A DNA stretch of 64,000 nt, from positions 1 through 64,000 of IMG/VR virus record IMGVR_UViG_3300011113_000649. One strand, 5' to 3'. This DNA comes from a virus. Under the pieces are notes generated by a model, which made no database searches, was not told the DNA's origin, and worked only from the letters and a program-made list of their open reading frames with translations. The position numbers and the translations under genes are program-made. Shown one piece after another: positions 21,080 to 31,624 of this stretch. Position 1 is the first letter of the stretch. Each line of letters starts with the position of its first letter.

Positions 21080-22900
21080 ATGATTAAATTTTATTATGGA
21101 CCAGAGGCCCAGGTACTTGAAATTTACAGAGTATCCCCTGCTCCCCAAATTAGTATTAGTACTGAATTTAATTATGCTAATGATACAATCATTGGTTATT
21201 CTTATGTAATCTCGATCAACGGCGTCGTGGCTACATTAAATGAAACATACATTGAAAGTTTAGAAAATGATGAAGTATACCAAGAAGAGTCGCCTGCTGA
21301 TGGTCTATTAATTACAGAAAATGAATTAATATTAATAGCTGAAAGTGAGACAATTTTATATGGAGATGATCCAAACTCAATAGACAGATTAAGAAGCATA
21401 CGAACCATACTTTCTGGTATAGAAAATATTCGTAAATTATTTAGTAGAAATGGTAGCGCTTTAACTATAAGGGATGATCAAAACAACAACTTATTAAGGG
21501 CAAAAGGCGGAATATTACAAAGCATAAGCTTCAATAATAGTCAAAATCAGTGGACATCAACATGCCCATATTCTATACAACTACAATTTAATGAACTAGA
21601 AATTTTAGATGAATCTATTTTATGTGCTGATAGTTTGATTCATCCTAGTTCTATAACATCAAATTTAGTTGATATTACTAAATACAAAATTAAAAACTTT
21701 AGTGATAGCTGGAGTTTTGCTGTTGATGAGCCAATTTATAACCATATAGGCGGAAATGCATTAGATGTAATTAATTCAGAAATTGCTATTTCTTATTCAC
21801 TATCTGCTACTGGCAAAAACTATTTTATAGAAGATCAGCTGTCTCCTGGTTGGATACAAGCTAAAAATTTTGTGCAAAAACGACTATATGATCAAGTGCG
21901 TAATTTGGCTACTGCATTGACTATGTCTAGCGATCATACCTTAGCCACATTACATGCGAACGATGGTGACGGATTAATTTCTGGTATTACCTCATCATAT
22001 GGAATATATAATGAAACACTTTCTTGTGATACTTCTGAGTCTGAAGGAACTTTTCAGATACAATACAACGCTATTTTAAAACGAAATTATGAAAGCAACT
22101 ATTGCGCCAGTAATGTTAAACACACTTTTAATAAAAATATAACAACATCTACAGATGGTGCTAAAAATAATATATCTATTAATATAGATGGAGAAGTTGA
22201 AGGTCTTTGTGAGGGTGGTTTATTACAAAGCTTTGGAGCTTTTTCTTTTCCTCAATATGGTACAATATTACAAGCTGGCTCTACATCGACCAAATATAAT
22301 AATGCAAACTCTTTTTTAAGTAAAATTATTAACACTAACTTGGACGATCTAGAAAGTTCTTATAAAACAGACCTAAATATTACTACTGCTTCTTTAGAAT
22401 TAGGTAGTGCTATTAGTCCTTGCGAAGAAGCTGATCTAGAAATTAAGCCGTCCAGTTTTAGTATTACAAGAAATTTTATGACTGGTTCTATATCATATAG
22501 CGCACAGTACTCCTCGGATAGGTCTTGTACAAAAACACAACCTGATGGGGAAACAATTTTTAAAACCAGCATTACTGTTGATGAACCAGTGCCGATTATT
22601 TCAGAATTTACTATCCCAAACGGTCAGTATATTATACAAGACATAGGAACTTTTACGGCTAAAAAAATAACAGTTACTTCTGAAGGTAAAAAAAATAGGG
22701 GTTGTTGTGATATACAAGAAGGTATGAATGCTTTTTTAGAAGATTTATTAAGCAGTGATATGGAAACATTATTTCCAGCTTTAGAATTTCCAGATGAGTC
22801 GTTATTTGTGTTGACAAATAAGAGCTTCTCATATAATATATTAGAAGGATCATATACTGTTAATTTAGCCTATATTTGTACATCAGGATGCTATATATGA
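21080..22900 (+). CDS. Distal tail/hub-like protein, paralog 2
   Basis: ATG at 21080 after AGGA; RVSPAPQISISTEFNYANDTIIGY vs RVVPVPQISITPEYYYANDIIIGY. Confidence 0.55.
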   Translation: MIKFYYGPEAQVLEIYRVSPAPQISISTEFNYANDTIIGYSYVISINGVVATLNETYIESLENDEVYQEESPADGLLITENELILIAESETILYGDDPNSIDRLRSIRTILSGIENIRKLFSRNGSALTIRDDQNNNLLRAKGGILQSISFNNSQNQWTSTCPYSIQLQFNELEILDESILCADSLIHPSSITSNLVDITKYKIKNFSDSWSFAVDEPIYNHIGGNALDVINSEIAISYSLSATGKNYFIEDQLSPGWIQAKNFVQKRLYDQVRNLATALTMSSDHTLATLHANDGDGLISGITSSYGIYNETLSCDTSESEGTFQIQYNAILKRNYESNYCASNVKHTFNKNITTSTDGAKNNISINIDGEVEGLCEGGLLQSFGAFSFPQYGTILQAGSTSTKYNNANSFLSKIINTNLDDLESSYKTDLNITTASLELGSAISPCEEADLEIKPSSFSITRNFMTGSISYSAQYSSDRSCTKTQPDGETIFKTSITVDEPVPIISEFTIPNGQYIIQDIGTFTAKKITVTSEGKKNRGCCDIQEGMNAFLEDLLSSDMETLFPALEFPDESLFVLTNKSFSYNILEGSYTVNLAYICTSGCYI

Positions 22901-24495
22901 CAATTTGCACAGGACCAATTTTATCTGAACCTATAAAGTTTTTAGGAGCTAGTGTTATATCTTTTAATAGTAACCTTGGTATAGGTTCCGCCAGCGAAAG
23001 TACTCTTACGGTTGATTTGATTGAAGATTGCGAAAATGAAGATATGTTTTTACCCGCAAATAATGCAATAGAAGTTGGTGCACCAGTATATTTTGATACA
23101 ACTCTTTATGGGGGAGGTTTTTCTTTTGGTGGCGTATTAACTAGCTGGAACCAAACTCAAGGCTCTTCTGGTAAAACATTTAATGTTACAGTTGCAGATC
23201 CTAGACAATTATTACAAAATGTTGGTGTTGTTGTAGACTCTTATGTTGGACCACCATCTTATGGCATTAATTATTTTAATGTTTATGCTCACTATGAAAA
23301 AGAAGTCTTAGATGGTAATTGTAGTGTTTTTGGAGATTCATTAAGTAATGAAAGAGGTATGCCATATCAGATGGTTATTAATGCTTTACAAGCTATGAAT
23401 CCAACTATATATTCTCCAACTGGCTATTCATATACTATTGATTGGGGATCCTTTCCTACAGGATTACCAGAACACTATAGGGTAACAGGCCCGCAGACTA
23501 TATTACAACTATTACAGGACGTGTGCGATGTTTTGGGTTTCGCTTTTTATACAAAATTAATTGTTGGAAATATTATTAGCGTTGGTTTGATTGACTTAAA
23601 ACAAATTCCTGGCAGTTTTAGTACCATAGTGGATTCGTTTGATGGTATTGCCACAGAATTAAGTTTTGGCGAAGAACTTAGAAACGAAATTACCAAAGCT
23701 ATATTATTTGGTGAACAACAACACTATCTTTCTTATGTTGATGAATTTAAATTTTATTTTGGAGAAGATGTGCAAGATGATATCTTAGTGCCAATTACAC
23801 CCACAAAATTTGATAATCAAAATCATACATTTTGGATATCTAAAAAAATTGATCATTTGAATGCTTCCTTATTAAATCCTTTCCCATCTAACGGCCCTTT
23901 TGAAATTAGTGAACTAGATATTCGTGCAGCAATGAGCTCGTATGAATTATGGTCCTTTAGAGTCTTTGATCCAGAAACCAAAGGAAGTTTCAACCAAGCT
24001 GTTAGAACGCTATACCCCGAAATAGTAGACGAATTAAGACAAAGACTTAATAAGATTGAACCTAAAAGAGCTATGGGCGATGTTATTTTAAATCCTAGAG
24101 CAGCTGTTGTTTTAAAATCAGAAGAAGATAGGTCAAATGAATTACAAAAAATACATGCCTTTATTAGTGATCTTGGTAATACATATTATGGTAAACAGTT
24201 TTTAGTGCCTCTTAATGAAACTATTTGTTATTATCAGGGCGAAAATTTTCAAGAAAAAATATTTTCTAGTATACCAACTAATGCTGGTGGATGGGTTGAT
24301 GGTAGCGTTACTCTTTTAGGCTTATCTGATCCTGAGCTTGGATTATTTAGATCTGATGACAACAGAATTACATCATTTGGCTTATTTACAACTGATGGCA
24401 CATCACCAGACGATGGTGGACCCGACAGTCCGTATGAACCAAGCAAACCGCCAGATTCTTTTGATTCTAGTGAACAGAGCCAAGCTGAAGGATGA
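22897..24495 (+). CDS. Tail tip/baseplate hub-like protein
   Basis: ATGA overlap start; beta-rich N-terminus, LQLLQDVCD helix; synteny. Confidence 0.5.
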   Translation: MTICTGPILSEPIKFLGASVISFNSNLGIGSASESTLTVDLIEDCENEDMFLPANNAIEVGAPVYFDTTLYGGGFSFGGVLTSWNQTQGSSGKTFNVTVADPRQLLQNVGVVVDSYVGPPSYGINYFNVYAHYEKEVLDGNCSVFGDSLSNERGMPYQMVINALQAMNPTIYSPTGYSYTIDWGSFPTGLPEHYRVTGPQTILQLLQDVCDVLGFAFYTKLIVGNIISVGLIDLKQIPGSFSTIVDSFDGIATELSFGEELRNEITKAILFGEQQHYLSYVDEFKFYFGEDVQDDILVPITPTKFDNQNHTFWISKKIDHLNASLLNPFPSNGPFEISELDIRAAMSSYELWSFRVFDPETKGSFNQAVRTLYPEIVDELRQRLNKIEPKRAMGDVILNPRAAVVLKSEEDRSNELQKIHAFISDLGNTYYGKQFLVPLNETICYYQGENFQEKIFSSIPTNAGGWVDGSVTLLGLSDPELGLFRSDDNRITSFGLFTTDGTSPDDGGPDSPYEPSKPPDSFDSSEQSQAEG

Positions 24496-24522
24496 TCACA
24501 AATTTAATAGGAGAACAACTAT

Positions 24523-27500
24523 ATGGCTGGTGTAGACTGCGGTAAATTTGACTTAGCAAATCTACCTCAAGACGAAATGGTAGCATTAGAACAAACTATT
24601 TGGCTTAAAGCTCAAGTAGAAGAACGAATTCTTATAGTCGATGACAAACCACATGTAATTATTATATTTCCAAATAAAGTGAACGCAGGAGTTTGTGAAG
24701 ATAATAAACAGCTAAATAAACAAGTTGCACATGCTACTAATTGTCTCACAAATAATAGCAACCCTTCCCCTTCTAGTAGTTCTGGATCTGAATCCACCCA
24801 CAAAGCACGATCCATATCTGATAAAGAAGAAGTTGTTTCAACAAGCACAAGCGCACAAACCAGTTTAGGAGCTTCAGATTTAAACGCTCTGGGTTATGAA
24901 CCAGCTCCGGTTATACCAACAGCAGCAATAGTTCCTATGAAAAGTAATGTAAAAACATATGGACCTTATACTTCTTCTAATTTTAATAGTAGTTTTGGTG
25001 GTACTAGCATAGAGACTAATCCAGAGTTGTGTCCTTGGGTATTTGGTTCTGTTAGTTTAATGAATTCTGCTGGATCTTCTTTGGTTGAATCTAAAGCTCT
25101 TGGCCTAGTTAAAGCAGAAACTGGATCTGTAACTATTCCAGGATTGCCTGTTTCTGGTTTGTCTACTCTTGGTGCTCAAGTGGCTGGTGCTGGACCAAAC
25201 TTAAGTGGTATGACTTTTACATTTGGTTCTAATGGCATTAGTACAGCTTATCAATTTAGTACTTATACTCCTAAATTTGGTAATTTAACAAGTAGTCAAA
25301 TAGATAAAATAAAAAGTATTGCTAGAAATAGACAAGAACAACTTAAGTTTTTACGCAGTCAAGCTATATTACAAAATAAGATAGGCAGACAGATTCAAAA
25401 AATAAATAATGGAGTTAGAGGTAACGATAAAGGCAATCTTAAATTACCTAAAGGAGATAAAAATAGCGTACAAAGATTATTAATGGGAGAGATTTATGGA
25501 GTAACGTCTACCAAAGAAGAGACAACTACAACCCAAAAGAAAACCGTTGTCGCACTTGGAACTCTGGAAAAAGGCTCTGTTGAAATGCTAAAAGAATATG
25601 AGAAAAAAGCATACATGAGCTTGGACGGCATCTTCGGTCCTGTATCCTTAAAAGGAGATGGCTCATTACCTAGATTTACCAAATATACACCGGAGTGTCA
25701 TAAAGCGTCCACCATACAACCACAGCCTCCTTTTTCGCTAAATGAAGAGCCAGAGTCTCTTGATGAATATAATCTCAAGATTGATCAAGACCATTCTAAT
25801 CCTTTAACGAATGATTTTGCTGCTGAAGGTCATCATCATTCCGGTGCTGGCAAAGGACACGTTATAGATATTGTTGGCAGAGAATCAACTGTTCCAAACG
25901 ATGGTTTAATGACAACCTTATATACAACAGAAGAACAGGCTAGATATAGTAGTGATTATAGATTTTTGGGGTTGCGTGGCCCCTTGGTTTTGCATGGTTG
26001 GGGTTACGATACTGATGGTAAACCAATACCAAACGCAGCTGATACATTATCTGGTACTCTTAGCGGGGTTTTTAAAGAAGAATATTTACAAGATAAGTTT
26101 TTGACCAATTGGTTGCAGCATCCAACGTCTTGGCCAGTTGGCCCTATTGATTTAAGATTCGATAGAAAGCGTGGTATGTGGGTAACTCCACAGGGATATA
26201 AAATAGTAATAGCAAAACTCAAAGAAAAGCTTGAAGCTTTTAAATCCGCTAATGCGAAACTTATCAACGAAAATACTGATAAGGATCAAAAATACGGCCC
26301 TGATCTATGGGATAAAGACGGCAATAAGGTAAAAGCAACAGACGATGATGATTCTGAGGCTTTTATTAAGATTGTTGATAGAATAGGTGTAGAGATTGAA
26401 GAAGATCAATTGGTTTATGCTTATTATGACGCTTATAAGTGCGAATATGTAGCCATCCCTAACGGTAAAAGTCAGTCTGTTGTGAAATTTGCTTTGGTGC
26501 AAGATAAGAATATGGCTGATCGCACAGTAGCTGCTATATTAGTAGATGAATATGGATATCCAACTAAAAAAGATGGAATAACTCCAGTTGCAGATCAAAA
26601 CGAATTTGATGCCAATATTATTTCTGTACGAGATCCGTATCTAAGTAATTTTGATTTACCACCACCCAGAGGCCCTGGCACAATTCCTGGAGAACTAAGC
26701 GCGTTTGGTCCTGCTCTTGGTTCTCCAAGTTTATTTGAACATAAAAATGGTATAGTATTAACTGATGGATATAATAATAATTATAAAACAGTAGGACCAT
26801 TTATTGGTTATGCTCTTAAAAAAGAAGGACAAACTACTACTTATACTCCGGGTATTGGCGAGATTGTAGGATCATCAGGAACAACCTACGATATTATAAC
26901 TTTAGAAAGTTTTGCTAAATATATTACTGGTAAAATTGGTACTAAAAGTGGTGTATTTAATGGTTCTTTTCTTGGCGCTAGAGTTGGACATAGACAGGGT
27001 GTAATTCCTGTTGGTAGAGGCCATGGAAATTTACCAAATAATCTTAATGCTATTGTTCGTAATAATATGTTTGGCTTTATTGGGGCTCATGGTTTTGTTC
27101 TTGGAGATATTGTTGACAATCCAGTTGGTAATGGCAATATCGTTAATGATGTTGATGGATGCAAATTCATAGCCGCATTAGATAATGAACTTTCTACTAC
27201 CACTCACTTAATATATGATATTATTGAGTGTGAAAGATCAGCTCTTATTTGTAGTTGGCATGTTAAGAATCAAAACTATGCCAATAGTTTAAACCTATCC
27301 AGTGTACAGTTTGATGATCCACAATATATAGAAGGTCAATTTGCTCAAGGGTTTATGTGGAATCCAGCAGTAAGCTTAACTAATTATCAACAGACATATT
27401 TACAAAATAACGGAACTCTAAAGAATAATCTTAAAACTGGAGAAATTATAAAAGGATCTAGAGGCGCAGCATTATTGACAGGAATTACAGGACAGGGTGA

Positions 27501-28134
27501 ACTAATTTATACGATCACACTTGTAACCGAAATAGCAAACGTTGCCCAAAGGTATATTACTAGTAATAATCCTGGTTTATTTGGTAGTTCTGATTTTAGT
27601 GGAAATCGTAAAATCGATCAGGATAGCGATTATTTTTGGGATGGCTTATCTCCAGACCAGATAGAAGATGATAAAAAACCAAAAATAGATATGATTAACG
27701 GTCAACAATGGATGACCTATCATTCTGGTATAGTTGTAGCTAGTTGGGACGAATATGGTACAAGATTGCCCGCATTTAATGGGCAAGTTGAAGATTGTAA
27801 ATATAAAATTATATATGCTCAAGAAGTTCCGGTTATTATGACGTGTATAGCACAAAGTAAATTCACCCCCGAAGATGACAAAGGGGTGGCTCTAGAGCAA
27901 GCCCTAGCTAATATTTTACCATCTTGTCAAGGTGCTGATCGTCAACCCATACCATCCATTTTAGCGGGTAATGTTTTTAATCCAATGGGTTGTGGAGCAG
28001 AGGTTGGGGATTTAGTAACTATACAAAGAGTATATGTTGGATCTGATATGGCTCAACAAGAGGCTGGTCATCCAGCGTGTAATTATAAGTATATTGTTAT
28101 ACAAACAGGAAAATTAGTTGCGGCAGCGTTATGA
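24523..28134 (+). CDS. Large tail tip/central fibre-like protein
   Basis: AGGAGA RBS; 1203 aa; end of the tail block. Confidence 0.5.
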   Translation: MAGVDCGKFDLANLPQDEMVALEQTIWLKAQVEERILIVDDKPHVIIIFPNKVNAGVCEDNKQLNKQVAHATNCLTNNSNPSPSSSSGSESTHKARSISDKEEVVSTSTSAQTSLGASDLNALGYEPAPVIPTAAIVPMKSNVKTYGPYTSSNFNSSFGGTSIETNPELCPWVFGSVSLMNSAGSSLVESKALGLVKAETGSVTIPGLPVSGLSTLGAQVAGAGPNLSGMTFTFGSNGISTAYQFSTYTPKFGNLTSSQIDKIKSIARNRQEQLKFLRSQAILQNKIGRQIQKINNGVRGNDKGNLKLPKGDKNSVQRLLMGEIYGVTSTKEETTTTQKKTVVALGTLEKGSVEMLKEYEKKAYMSLDGIFGPVSLKGDGSLPRFTKYTPECHKASTIQPQPPFSLNEEPESLDEYNLKIDQDHSNPLTNDFAAEGHHHSGAGKGHVIDIVGRESTVPNDGLMTTLYTTEEQARYSSDYRFLGLRGPLVLHGWGYDTDGKPIPNAADTLSGTLSGVFKEEYLQDKFLTNWLQHPTSWPVGPIDLRFDRKRGMWVTPQGYKIVIAKLKEKLEAFKSANAKLINENTDKDQKYGPDLWDKDGNKVKATDDDDSEAFIKIVDRIGVEIEEDQLVYAYYDAYKCEYVAIPNGKSQSVVKFALVQDKNMADRTVAAILVDEYGYPTKKDGITPVADQNEFDANIISVRDPYLSNFDLPPPRGPGTIPGELSAFGPALGSPSLFEHKNGIVLTDGYNNNYKTVGPFIGYALKKEGQTTTYTPGIGEIVGSSGTTYDIITLESFAKYITGKIGTKSGVFNGSFLGARVGHRQGVIPVGRGHGNLPNNLNAIVRNNMFGFIGAHGFVLGDIVDNPVGNGNIVNDVDGCKFIAALDNELSTTTHLIYDIIECERSALICSWHVKNQNYANSLNLSSVQFDDPQYIEGQFAQGFMWNPAVSLTNYQQTYLQNNGTLKNNLKTGEIIKGSRGAALLTGITGQGELIYTITLVTEIANVAQRYITSNNPGLFGSSDFSGNRKIDQDSDYFWDGLSPDQIEDDKKPKIDMINGQQWMTYHSGIVVASWDEYGTRLPAFNGQVEDCKYKIIYAQEVPVIMTCIAQSKFTPEDDKGVALEQALANILPSCQGADRQPIPSILAGNVFNPMGCGAEVGDLVTIQRVYVGSDMAQQEAGHPACNYKYIVIQTGKLVAAAL

Positions 28135-28164
28135 AAGCACTATAATAGTACATAGGAATCAAAT

Positions 28165-28494
28165 ATGTCATCACATTCAGGTTGTAATTATTCTCAGCTA
28201 ATACCCGATCCAACAGGGGCTATATATCGTTTTTTTAATCAGCCAATAGAACAGATACCAAAATGGGACGCTAACAAATTACAAATATTAGCCCATCCTT
28301 CAGGCGGCGGGCTTCATTGGTTAACAGCAGAAGCTTGTACCGGCGTTATTACATGCATTAGATTAGAAGAAAGCGGATTGGTATTTGATGTTGCCACTAT
28401 TTTTGCGTTAAAGATTATTGAATCTGACAGTGGTTGTCCTCCGATTCCAACAGTCAAATGTTCTGGTGATGACGAATATTATTATGGCCCTTAG
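28165..28494 (+). CDS. Small Cys-containing tail-tip protein ending in DDEYYYGP
   Basis: AGGA RBS; last + strand gene. Confidence 0.55.
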   Translation: MSSHSGCNYSQLIPDPTGAIYRFFNQPIEQIPKWDANKLQILAHPSGGGLHWLTAEACTGVITCIRLEESGLVFDVATIFALKIIESDSGCPPIPTVKCSGDDEYYYGP

Positions 28495-28502
28495 AAGATG
28501 GG

Positions 28503-29261
28503 TCAGCCTATGCCGAACTTGCGGCCCAGCTGATTGAGCTTGGCTGCTCTCTCTTTACAACCACATGGGCGACCAAGCGCTTTGCTGGCCCGCTCCTCGG
28601 TGATACCCACGGCCGATAGGCCAGCGGTCACCATATCTCCGAGACCCAGCCGTGGCTTTAATAACTCTGCCCCCATATGTGGTAGGCCGAGTCGGTCCAT
28701 ACACTCATTCCAGCACTTCTTTCTTCGCGGGCTGAGCCCCTCTACACTGCGATACCCAGCGCCACGCTGGTAGTGAAGGATGCCGTTCGACAACATGCGG
28801 AAGTGGCAGTCTGCGGCGCATGGTGGCCACGCCGGATCGTCAGTCGCTATCCAGTCCTGCTGAACCGTGTCGTACTGGCCCGTGAACGGGACGCCGAGGT
28901 CGCGTTTCAGGTAGTCGGCGGAGATGTCGATCCGCGACAACCACGAAATAAACGACGGATAGAGAACGTAGTTCCAACTCGCAGGCTCGCGATTGACCGA
29001 GTTGCCCGGCACGAGCGGACGGGTGAGCACCATATCCCACTCTAGTACCACCGAGGGCTCGTCAGGCAGTTCGTGAATGATGGATCCCAGGATCATTGGC
29101 GACAGGCCCGCCCCGGTCGTAATCGTCGTAAACTCGTGGAAGTGGTCAATCGTTCCCATGGGTCGCAGGATCACAATGCGGTCGGCTGGGTGGTGCCTCC
29201 GTATCGACGCTACCTGCGCTGCCAGAAACTCACGACTATGTACCATTAGATAGATATTCAT
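28503..29261 (-). CDS. GT-A-like putative glycosyltransferase with C-terminal GLGD..RPCGC module (GC-rich)
   Basis: Start MNIYLMV in ATGA overlap with the upstream gene; VVLEWDMVL DxD-like motif; ILHY. Confidence 0.5.
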   Translation of the reverse strand: MNIYLMVHSREFLAAQVASIRRHHPADRIVILRPMGTIDHFHEFTTITTGAGLSPMILGSIIHELPDEPSVVLEWDMVLTRPLVPGNSVNREPASWNYVLYPSFISWLSRIDISADYLKRDLGVPFTGQYDTVQQDWIATDDPAWPPCAADCHFRMLSNGILHYQRGAGYRSVEGLSPRRKKCWNECMDRLGLPHMGAELLKPRLGLGDMVTAGLSAVGITEERASKALGRPCGCKERAAKLNQLGRKFGIG

Positions 29262-29779
29262 GGGCGGTCTATAAATAGTTGCGGCATCCGGTTGCAGCCT
29301 TGGCCGATACAGTTTGGCATCTGATACAGGGCTACTGGCCCGGCGACCGGATAGCAGTCCTCCGCAGTTGTCGCGACTCCACGCCAGTAGCCAGCTCCGT
29401 CGCCGCCTACCATCGGGCCGCATACGGTCACTATTAACATCCACTTGCCAGAGCAGGAGTCGTACTGACCACTGGCTGTCCACAAAGACGGAAACGGAGC
29501 AGGTAGTGGTTCTATGGGCTCGGGCACACCCTCCAGCCGCAGCGACACCGGCTGCTCGACAGGTGCGAGGCCAGGTCGATAGATGTTGGCGGATGAAGGA
29601 GAGCAGACTTGCGTGATCTTCATGCACCGGGTATCTTGGTCAGCCGCCACCACCCCGCAACAACAGCCCGGCCGACACGGGCACGGGCCATCGCACGAGT
29701 CACAACAACAATTCTTACTAGCTGCTAATTTACCATCAACAACTAAAATTTTCCCATCAGATGTAAAAAGAGGACTCAT
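29258..29779 (-). CDS. Cys-rich protein, chimeric (AT-rich 5' end, GC-rich remainder)
   Basis: ILVVDGKLAASKNCCCDSCDGPCPCRPGCCC; TAATG coupling to upstream gene. Confidence 0.6.
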   Translation of the reverse strand: MSPLFTSDGKILVVDGKLAASKNCCCDSCDGPCPCRPGCCCGVVAADQDTRCMKITQVCSPSSANIYRPGLAPVEQPVSLRLEGVPEPIEPLPAPFPSLWTASGQYDSCSGKWMLIVTVCGPMVGGDGAGYWRGVATTAEDCYPVAGPVALYQMPNCIGQGCNRMPQLFIDRP

Positions 29780-30099
29780 TATTTATCCTTAGTCCACTTG
29801 TGCCATCCTTTATTTGGTAAATAATTGCCTTCGTCATCTTTGCGTTTTGGAAATAGAGTTCCACCTTTTTTATGTTGACCAAATGCTAATATAGCACCAC
29901 AATCAGCACAACGAAGCTCATAGTAATCATTACCTTCTACGCTACGAACCACAAATCTAAGATTAGTGCTACCGCACAGACCACATTTTTCTTCACCAAA
30001 AATTTCTTGAATGATAGCAAGTTCTTTAAAAACTTCTTTTTGTCCAGAACCTTCTAATTCAAACTCTAGTTTATCACTAACTTTATATTTGAGCTTCAT
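29779..30099 (-). CDS. Zn-ribbon hypothetical protein
   Basis: CGLC...CADC. Confidence 0.7.
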   Translation of the reverse strand: MKLKYKVSDKLEFELEGSGQKEVFKELAIIQEIFGEEKCGLCGSTNLRFVVRSVEGNDYYELRCADCGAILAFGQHKKGGTLFPKRKDDEGNYLPNKGWHKWTKDK

Positions 30100-30108
30100 A
30101 ATTCACAC

Positions 30109-30831
30109 CTATTTCCAGTTTGATTCATACCCCAATATATCTTCGGATACATTGTTCTGCTGCTGATATTCGGTCAAATGTTTAATTATATTAACAGCAT
30201 TTTCATGTGATATATTATAGATATTGTCGCTAGATATTGCAAGATTGCTCAATAATTTATTAATATTTATATTCATTCGTTTAGCTAAAACATCCATAAA
30301 ATTTAACTGATTATTAGTAATTTTGGTTACAGTATCATGGTCTGGATGATCTTCAATATCTTTAGCCAATTCCTCAGCCGCCACAACTTTTCGTAGCTTA
30401 AGACCACGCCTTAAAGCCCGTCCCTCTGCTCTGGTTTCGGCCACGGCCACAGGATGATTACGATAAATTTTGTCACAATTACCCCAGTAAACGTCTGCTG
30501 CGCCACTTACTGACCTAACATTTAAATGATTGTATACATTACCTTCAGTTTTTAAAACAAAGGTCAGAGAATGAACCACAGTAGCTCTTTTTTCGTTCTC
30601 TGGACTAGGGCTTTGTACCACATTAGAAGAAGAATTTGTGATCACACAATCTAAAGCTATTTCAAATATTCTTCTTAAACCATCTGTTGTAGGATTACCA
30701 GCTATTTTCTCATCGTCTGTAAGTAGGCTTAATACATGGTCCGTCCACTCCACATCGTTGGGTGTAGGAATGTTCTTCACGACTTGAACATTATCAACGG
30801 ATTCTGTTTCGCTTTTCTTGGGACGTCCCAT
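30109..30831 (-). CDS. Putative ssDNA-annealing protein (Rad52/Erf-like)
   Basis: VAVAETRAEGRALRR motif; C-terminal ITNNQLNFM helical domain. Confidence 0.45.
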   Translation of the reverse strand: MGRPKKSETESVDNVQVVKNIPTPNDVEWTDHVLSLLTDDEKIAGNPTTDGLRRIFEIALDCVITNSSSNVVQSPSPENEKRATVVHSLTFVLKTEGNVYNHLNVRSVSGAADVYWGNCDKIYRNHPVAVAETRAEGRALRRGLKLRKVVAAEELAKDIEDHPDHDTVTKITNNQLNFMDVLAKRMNININKLLSNLAISSDNIYNISHENAVNIIKHLTEYQQQNNVSEDILGYESNWK

Positions 30832-30835
30832 ATAA

Positions 30836-31624
30836 TCAGTCTCCTATATAAATTACTTTGGTGTTTATTAAATTATGTTCTTCAATTTGTTTTAATTTTT
30901 CTACTAGTTTATTAAATATTAATAATGCTCTAGCCTGTGAGAAGTCTTTTGTTTGTTTGATTCTAATCAAAAATAAACCCTTACCAATAATCAGTCCCGT
31001 TTTTTTATCATCATACTTTTGATTACGACTAAGTACGTCATCACCCCACACAGGAGAGAAGTGTGATGGGCCATCAACCTCTATGGCTGTATTTAATTTA
31101 GATACAAATAGGTCGATTTGCAACTTTGTATTTAGTATACTCTGTTCTTTATGGAACTCTACCGCATATCCACAAGTTAATAATTCTTTAAACAAATATT
31201 TCTCTAGTTTTGATCCCGTTTTTCCCGCTTCTCTAACAGCGATATTAGCTTGTTTAAGTATGTATTGTTTCTCATCATCTGTTTTATTGTTCCAATTGAT
31301 TTTGGCTTTTTGTTTTCTTTCCTCTAGTTGTTTGGTGTCTAAATTTGTCCACGATTCTAAAACAGATAATCCTATTTTTTCTTTAACCTTGGATGATCTT
31401 TTTTTACCCTTGGTTGGATGTTGTGTTTTTCCATTATTAAGAGCATTTTTTTGTGCTTCGCTTTTATCTCTTATTGTTATATTTAGCTTGATCGCGTCTC
31501 TACGAATTTTATTAGCATATGTACCAGTTTCTTTAGCTATATCCGCAAAACTTTTTTGGCCTATCTCATAATGTTGTTTTAGAAATTGTTTTTTTTGTTT
31601 ATCGTTAAGATTTTTATAATTCAT
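30836..31624 (-). CDS. Vsr/DUF559-like endonuclease with N-terminal HTH and NUMOD3-like repeat (homing-endonuclease-like)
   Basis: QIDLFV..AIEVDGPSH..YD; GKKRSSKVKEKIG. Confidence 0.65.
   Translation of the reverse strand: MNYKNLNDKQKKQFLKQHYEIGQKSFADIAKETGTYANKIRRDAIKLNITIRDKSEAQKNALNNGKTQHPTKGKKRSSKVKEKIGLSVLESWTNLDTKQLEERKQKAKINWNNKTDDEKQYILKQANIAVREAGKTGSKLEKYLFKELLTCGYAVEFHKEQSILNTKLQIDLFVSKLNTAIEVDGPSHFSPVWGDDVLSRNQKYDDKKTGLIIGKGLFLIRIKQTKDFSQARALLIFNKLVEKLKQIEEHNLINTKVIYIGD

Noticed and set aside
29262-29627. N-terminal 122 aa of the 374-aa ORF call
   Set aside because: Shadow of the overlapping Cys-rich gene in GC-rich DNA; ATG 29261 has the ATGA coupling
28534-29792. Several + strand ORFs in the GC-rich block
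   Set aside because: Arg/Ser/Pro-rich antisense shadows without RBS
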